Positions 60,733 through 64,000 of a stretch of DNA of 64,000 nt are shown here, piece after piece. The DNA comes from an uncultured Acidobacteriota bacterium. GTDB taxonomy: Bacteria; Acidobacteriota; Thermoanaerobaculia; Multivoradales; JAHEKO01. The translations under genes were made by a program, and so were the position numbers. The notes beneath the pieces were generated by a model, which was given only the letters and a program-made list of their open reading frames with translations, was not told the DNA's origin and ran no database searches. How positions within the stretch are numbered: the first letter of the stretch is position 1; each line of letters starts with the position of its first letter. The stretch is taken from positions 1,600,001 through 1,664,000 of the forward strand of contig CAVQNG010000003.1 of NCBI GenBank assembly GCA_963713825.1, in the 5' to 3' direction.

Positions 60733-63700
60733 TTAGTCGGGCAGCTTCCGGCCGGGCGTCCACGCGGCACCCGCCGCTTCGAGTTTGGCCTCGAAGCCCG
60801 GCAGGTCTGTTTCCAACATCTCGGACAGCTCTCCGAGGAGCCCCGCGAATTCGCTACGAGCCACCTCCAGGCTCTGCCGCTGGGTAGCGGTTGGAGTCTG
60901 CCGCGTATCCCAATGTCCGCCAGCGACCTGACCGACTCGCCGCCGAATCGACGGCACCGAAGGCTCGTTCCACTTGCCTCGAATCTGGTCACCGTTGAGT
61001 CGGAGTCGGAGACTCGCCAATGACGCACCGATCCCGTCGAGCTCCGTGAACAGTCCGGGGTCCGCCGCAGGGGTGTCACGCAAGGCCCGGCGCAGATAGG
61101 GTAGCCGGTCTTCGGCTCGCTGCAGCTCCTCGGCCGCGCCGGCGACCTGTCGGTACAGCTCGGCTGTCTCGGCTTGAAATGCCGTTACCGTCTGGAAGTC
61201 GGGCATCGCGAGACTGAACCCCGGCAGGGGCTTCACTTCGAAGCCACGAGCCTCGGCCAGTTCCACAACACCCTCACTCGTCAGCAAGGCGAGCTCGACC
61301 CGATAGCTCCCTGGGCCTGCAAATGGTCCCCGGGGTGGGTCCCACCAGGGTGGCATGAACGCTGGAGGTGCCAGCTCGATCGGGTCGGCTGGCGGCAGTC
61401 TTAGATCCCAGCTGACGCGGTGAATCCCCGCCTCTGCCGGCCCTTCGATCCTTCGCACAGCCTGGCCCTGGGAGTCCCGAACGGTCAGCAGCACCATGGG
61501 CCCCTGCTCGAGGGCTTCCGCGTGCAGCGTCTCCCAGCCTGGGAAAGGTGCGTCTTCAGCGTTCTCCCGGAGGTCCTTTTCTCGTTCCTGCCGTTGCTCC
61601 TTCGAGGTCTTGGGAGCTTCCTTCAGGTAGTAGGTGAAAGTGGCTCCGTACGGCGGGTTCGCCGCCGCATAGTCGTCACTTCCCAGGGAGGGCTTGCCTG
61701 CCGCCTGACCTGGAACCGAGGGCACGTACCACCAAGCGTCTCGCACCGAGAACAGAGCCGCATCGTCGTCGAGAGCGCCGTCGGCGATGTCGCGCAAGGC
61801 GGAGTAGTCATCGAGGACATAGAAGCCGCGGCCGAAGGTGGCTCCCACGACATCGTTCTCTCGCCGCTGGATCTTCACGTCCCTGAAGGAGATCGTCGGC
61901 ACGCCGCCTTCCAGGCGGATCCAGTTGCGACCCCGATCGGGTGTGAAATAGAGGCCGAATTCCGTCCCGATGAAAAGAAGGTCCGGATCGACATGGTCCT
62001 GGGCAATCGCCCAGACGATGGTGCTCTCCGGCAGATTGCCGGTGATGGACCGCCAGGTTCTACCCCGATCCGAGCTCTCGAAGAGCAACGGTCGGAAGTC
62101 TCCTGTCTTGTGTGCGTCGAGCGCGGCGAAGACGGTGTCGGGATCGTGCAGGGAGGCCTCGATGTCGTTGACGAAAGAGAGGTCGGGGACTCCCGGGAGC
62201 GCCTCGACGGCCCGCCAGTCGCTGCCGCCTTCGCTGACTTGAATCAGGCCGTCGTCGGATCCCGCATAGAGAAGTCCTTCCACCAGTGGCGACTCGGAGA
62301 CCGTGGTGAGCGTGGCGTACATGGACATGGCGCCGTTGTCGTAGAGCGCATCGATGCTCCATACACGGCCCGCCATCTCGAGCTCGTAGCGATTTCGATT
62401 GCGCGTCAGATCGCCGCTGACGGGAGTCCAGGAATCGCCCCGGTCATCACTGCGCCAGAGTCGCTGGGAGCCGAAGTACAGGCGGCTGGAGGAGTGGGGA
62501 CTGATCATCAAGGGCGCATCCCAGTTCCAGCGCTCGGGTGGATCGCCGGGGGAAGGAACGGGACGGATGTCCAAGAGCTCGTGACTCAAGCGGTCATAGC
62601 GGTTGAGGCGCCCCACCTGGATCTCCATGTAGGCCAGATTCGGGTCCTCCGGGTCGAAGGCACAGGAATAGCCGTCCGCGCCGAGCGGCACGAACCAGTC
62701 GCGGTTGCGGACGCCTTCGGTATTGGTCGTGCGAGAGGGTCCAAGCAGGGTTCCGAGATCCTGCGCCCCGCCGAGGATGTTGTAGAAAGGCTCGGCCGTA
62801 TCCAGGGCCAATTTGTAGAACTGGGAGATTGGCAGATTCGGGAACTGTCGCCAGTGAGCTCCTTCGTCGAAGCTCTCATACAGGCTCGCGTCGGTGCCGA
62901 CGATCAGGTGATCGGGATCTTCCGGATCGAGAACCAGAGCGTGGTTGTCGCTGTGCTTCTCGCGCCCGGTGCCGAGAATCTCGAAGTTGGCGCCACCGTC
63001 GTAGGTCACGTGGAGGAAGACATCCATCTGGTAGACCCGGCCGACTTCGGTGGGCGAGGCCACGATCTCCTGGTAGTAGTGCGGTCCGGTACCGTTCGAG
63101 ATGTACTCGTTACGCTTCTCCCAACTCTCGCCACGATCCCGCGATCGATAGAAGCCGCGTTCGTCTTCGGCCGCCTCGATGGTGGCGTAGACGATGTCGG
63201 GATCGGCGGGGGAGACGGCGAGGCCGATCTTGCCCATGTCCCCATTCGGCAGGCCCTTTTCGATTCGACGCCACGTCTCGCCGGCATCGGTCGACTTGTA
63301 GATCCCCGAGCTCGGGCCGCCCGCCAGAAGCGACCAGATATGACGTCGACGCTGGTAGGCGGCGGCGTAGAGCACGTCGGGATTGCGCGGGTCGATCTCG
63401 ACGTCGGTGACGCCGGTGTTCTCGTCGATGGCCAGCACCTGAGTCCAGGTCTGCCCGCCGTCGGCGGTCTTGTAGAGACCCCGCTCGCCGCCAGAGGACC
63501 ACAGGGGCCCCTCGGCAGCCACATAGACAACGTTGCCATCGCGGGGATCGACGACGATCTTGCCGATGTGCTCGGAAGTCTCCAGTCCCAGTGGCTGCCA
63601 GGACTGTCCACCGTCGGGGCTCTTGTAGACACCATCGCCCCAGCCGACGTGTCGGCCGCTGACGTTCTCACCGGTGCCGACCCAGACCACATCCGGATCC

Positions 63701-64000
63701 GAGGGGTCGATGGTCACGCAGCCCACCGAGTAGGAGGGTTGGTCGTCGAAGACCGGTGTCCAGGTGACTCCCGCGTTGTCCGTCTTCCAGACACCACCGG
63801 AGCCGACCGCCACGTACCAGGTGCTGCGATCGCGTGGGCTGACAGCGATGTCGGCGATTCGCCCGCCCATCAACGCCGGGCCGACGCTTCGCAGCGCGAG
63901 GCCCTTCAGAGTCGCGGCCGTGAGACCGCCTTCGTTGCCCTCCGTAGCCGAGAGAGCCGGAATGGAGAATGCGACGGCTAGAAGTAGAAGACCGATCAGT
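60733..64000 (-). CDS. VPS10/BNR glycosyl-hydrolase-like secreted protein, start beyond the window edge
   Basis: LRSVGPALMGGRIAD, many Asp boxes, GGAQDLG, ATFGRGFYVLDD; frame is open to the window end within a signal peptide. Confidence 0.9.
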   Translation of the reverse strand, partial: LIGLLLLAVAFSIPALSATEGNEGGLTAATLKGLALRSVGPALMGGRIADIAVSPRDRSTWYVAVGSGGVWKTDNAGVTWTPVFDDQPSYSVGCVTIDPSDPDVVWVGTGENVSGRHVGWGDGVYKSPDGGQSWQPLGLETSEHIGKIVVDPRDGNVVYVAAEGPLWSSGGERGLYKTADGGQTWTQVLAIDENTGVTDVEIDPRNPDVLYAAAYQRRRHIWSLLAGGPSSGIYKSTDAGETWRRIEKGLPNGDMGKIGLAVSPADPDIVYATIEAAEDERGFYRSRDRGESWEKRNEYISNGTGPHYYQEIVASPTEVGRVYQMDVFLHVTYDGGANFEILGTGREKHSDNHALVLDPEDPDHLIVGTDASLYESFDEGAHWRQFPNLPISQFYKLALDTAEPFYNILGGAQDLGTLLGPSRTTNTEGVRNRDWFVPLGADGYSCAFDPEDPNLAYMEIQVGRLNRYDRLSHELLDIRPVPSPGDPPERWNWDAPLMISPHSSSRLYFGSQRLWRSDDRGDSWTPVSGDLTRNRNRYELEMAGRVWSIDALYDNGAMSMYATLTTVSESPLVEGLLYAGSDDGLIQVSEGGSDWRAVEALPGVPDLSFVNDIEASLHDPDTVFAALDAHKTGDFRPLLFESSDRGRTWRSITGNLPESTIVWAIAQDHVDPDLLFIGTEFGLYFTPDRGRNWIRLEGGVPTISFRDVKIQRRENDVVGATFGRGFYVLDDYSALRDIADGALDDDAALFSVRDAWWYVPSVPGQAAGKPSLGSDDYAAANPPYGATFTYYLKEAPKTSKEQRQEREKDLRENAEDAPFPGWETLHAEALEQGPMVLLTVRDSQGQAVRRIEGPAEAGIHRVSWDLRLPPADPIELAPPAFMPPWWDPPRGPFAGPGSYRVELALLTSEGVVELAEARGFEVKPLPGFSLAMPDFQTVTAFQAETAELYRQVAGAAEELQRAEDRLPYLRRALRDTPAADPGLFTELDGIGASLASLRLRLNGDQIRGKWNEPSVPSIRRRVGQVAGGHWDTRQTPTATQRQSLEVARSEFAGLLGELSEMLETDLPGFEAKLEAAGAAWTPGRKLPD

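Noticed and set aside
61420-63981. 853-aa plus-strand ORF and similar long antisense ORFs (9006-10295, 33354-34640, 41821-43101)
   Set aside because: Shadow frames opposite clear genes in GC-rich DNA, with no recognisable motifs.

Overview
A GC-rich bacterial chromosomal segment. Its gene content suggests Acidobacteriota, probably Thermoanaerobaculia-like, but this is inference from the paralogous Ser/Thr kinase-TPR genes, VPS10/BNR hydrolases, a DUF5916-type protein, sulfatases and an IFxDGFESG-tailed protease. Positions 1-32.5 kb are mostly core genes: iscS-mnmA, a glycosyltransferase, rsmI, a split glutaminase + nadE NAD synthetase, surA-like, slt, hinT, murA, prmC-prfA-rpmE, comF, hflX and a GGDEF-EAL protein. 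This half also holds two sigma-54 two-component modules and three -24/-12 promoters. tRNA-Ala(GGC) at 32686-32761 opens an accessory region carrying integration scars: a 21-bp duplication of the tRNA core at 35551, a decayed inverted tRNA-Phe-like 3' half at 33186, and repeated arm-like motifs. Downstream lie kinases, hydrolases, an mscS-corA-rimK cluster broken by a deletion or fusion, sulfatases, a DEAD-box helicase, mltF-like, sodA and secreted enzymes. The most unusual signal is a modular, structured ~230-510 bp non-coding repeat. It occurs three times, always between convergent genes, and has covarying tandem hairpins, an 8-9 nt VNTR, a long G-U-compatible terminal stem and, in one copy, a nested GTAG-type REP doublet. 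Also notable are a permease-less HlyD + ABC ATPase operon under a GAFTDA-type sigma-54 activator and a GbsR-like gene that appears to start at CTG. No CRISPR array, rRNA, integrase or transposase was seen.
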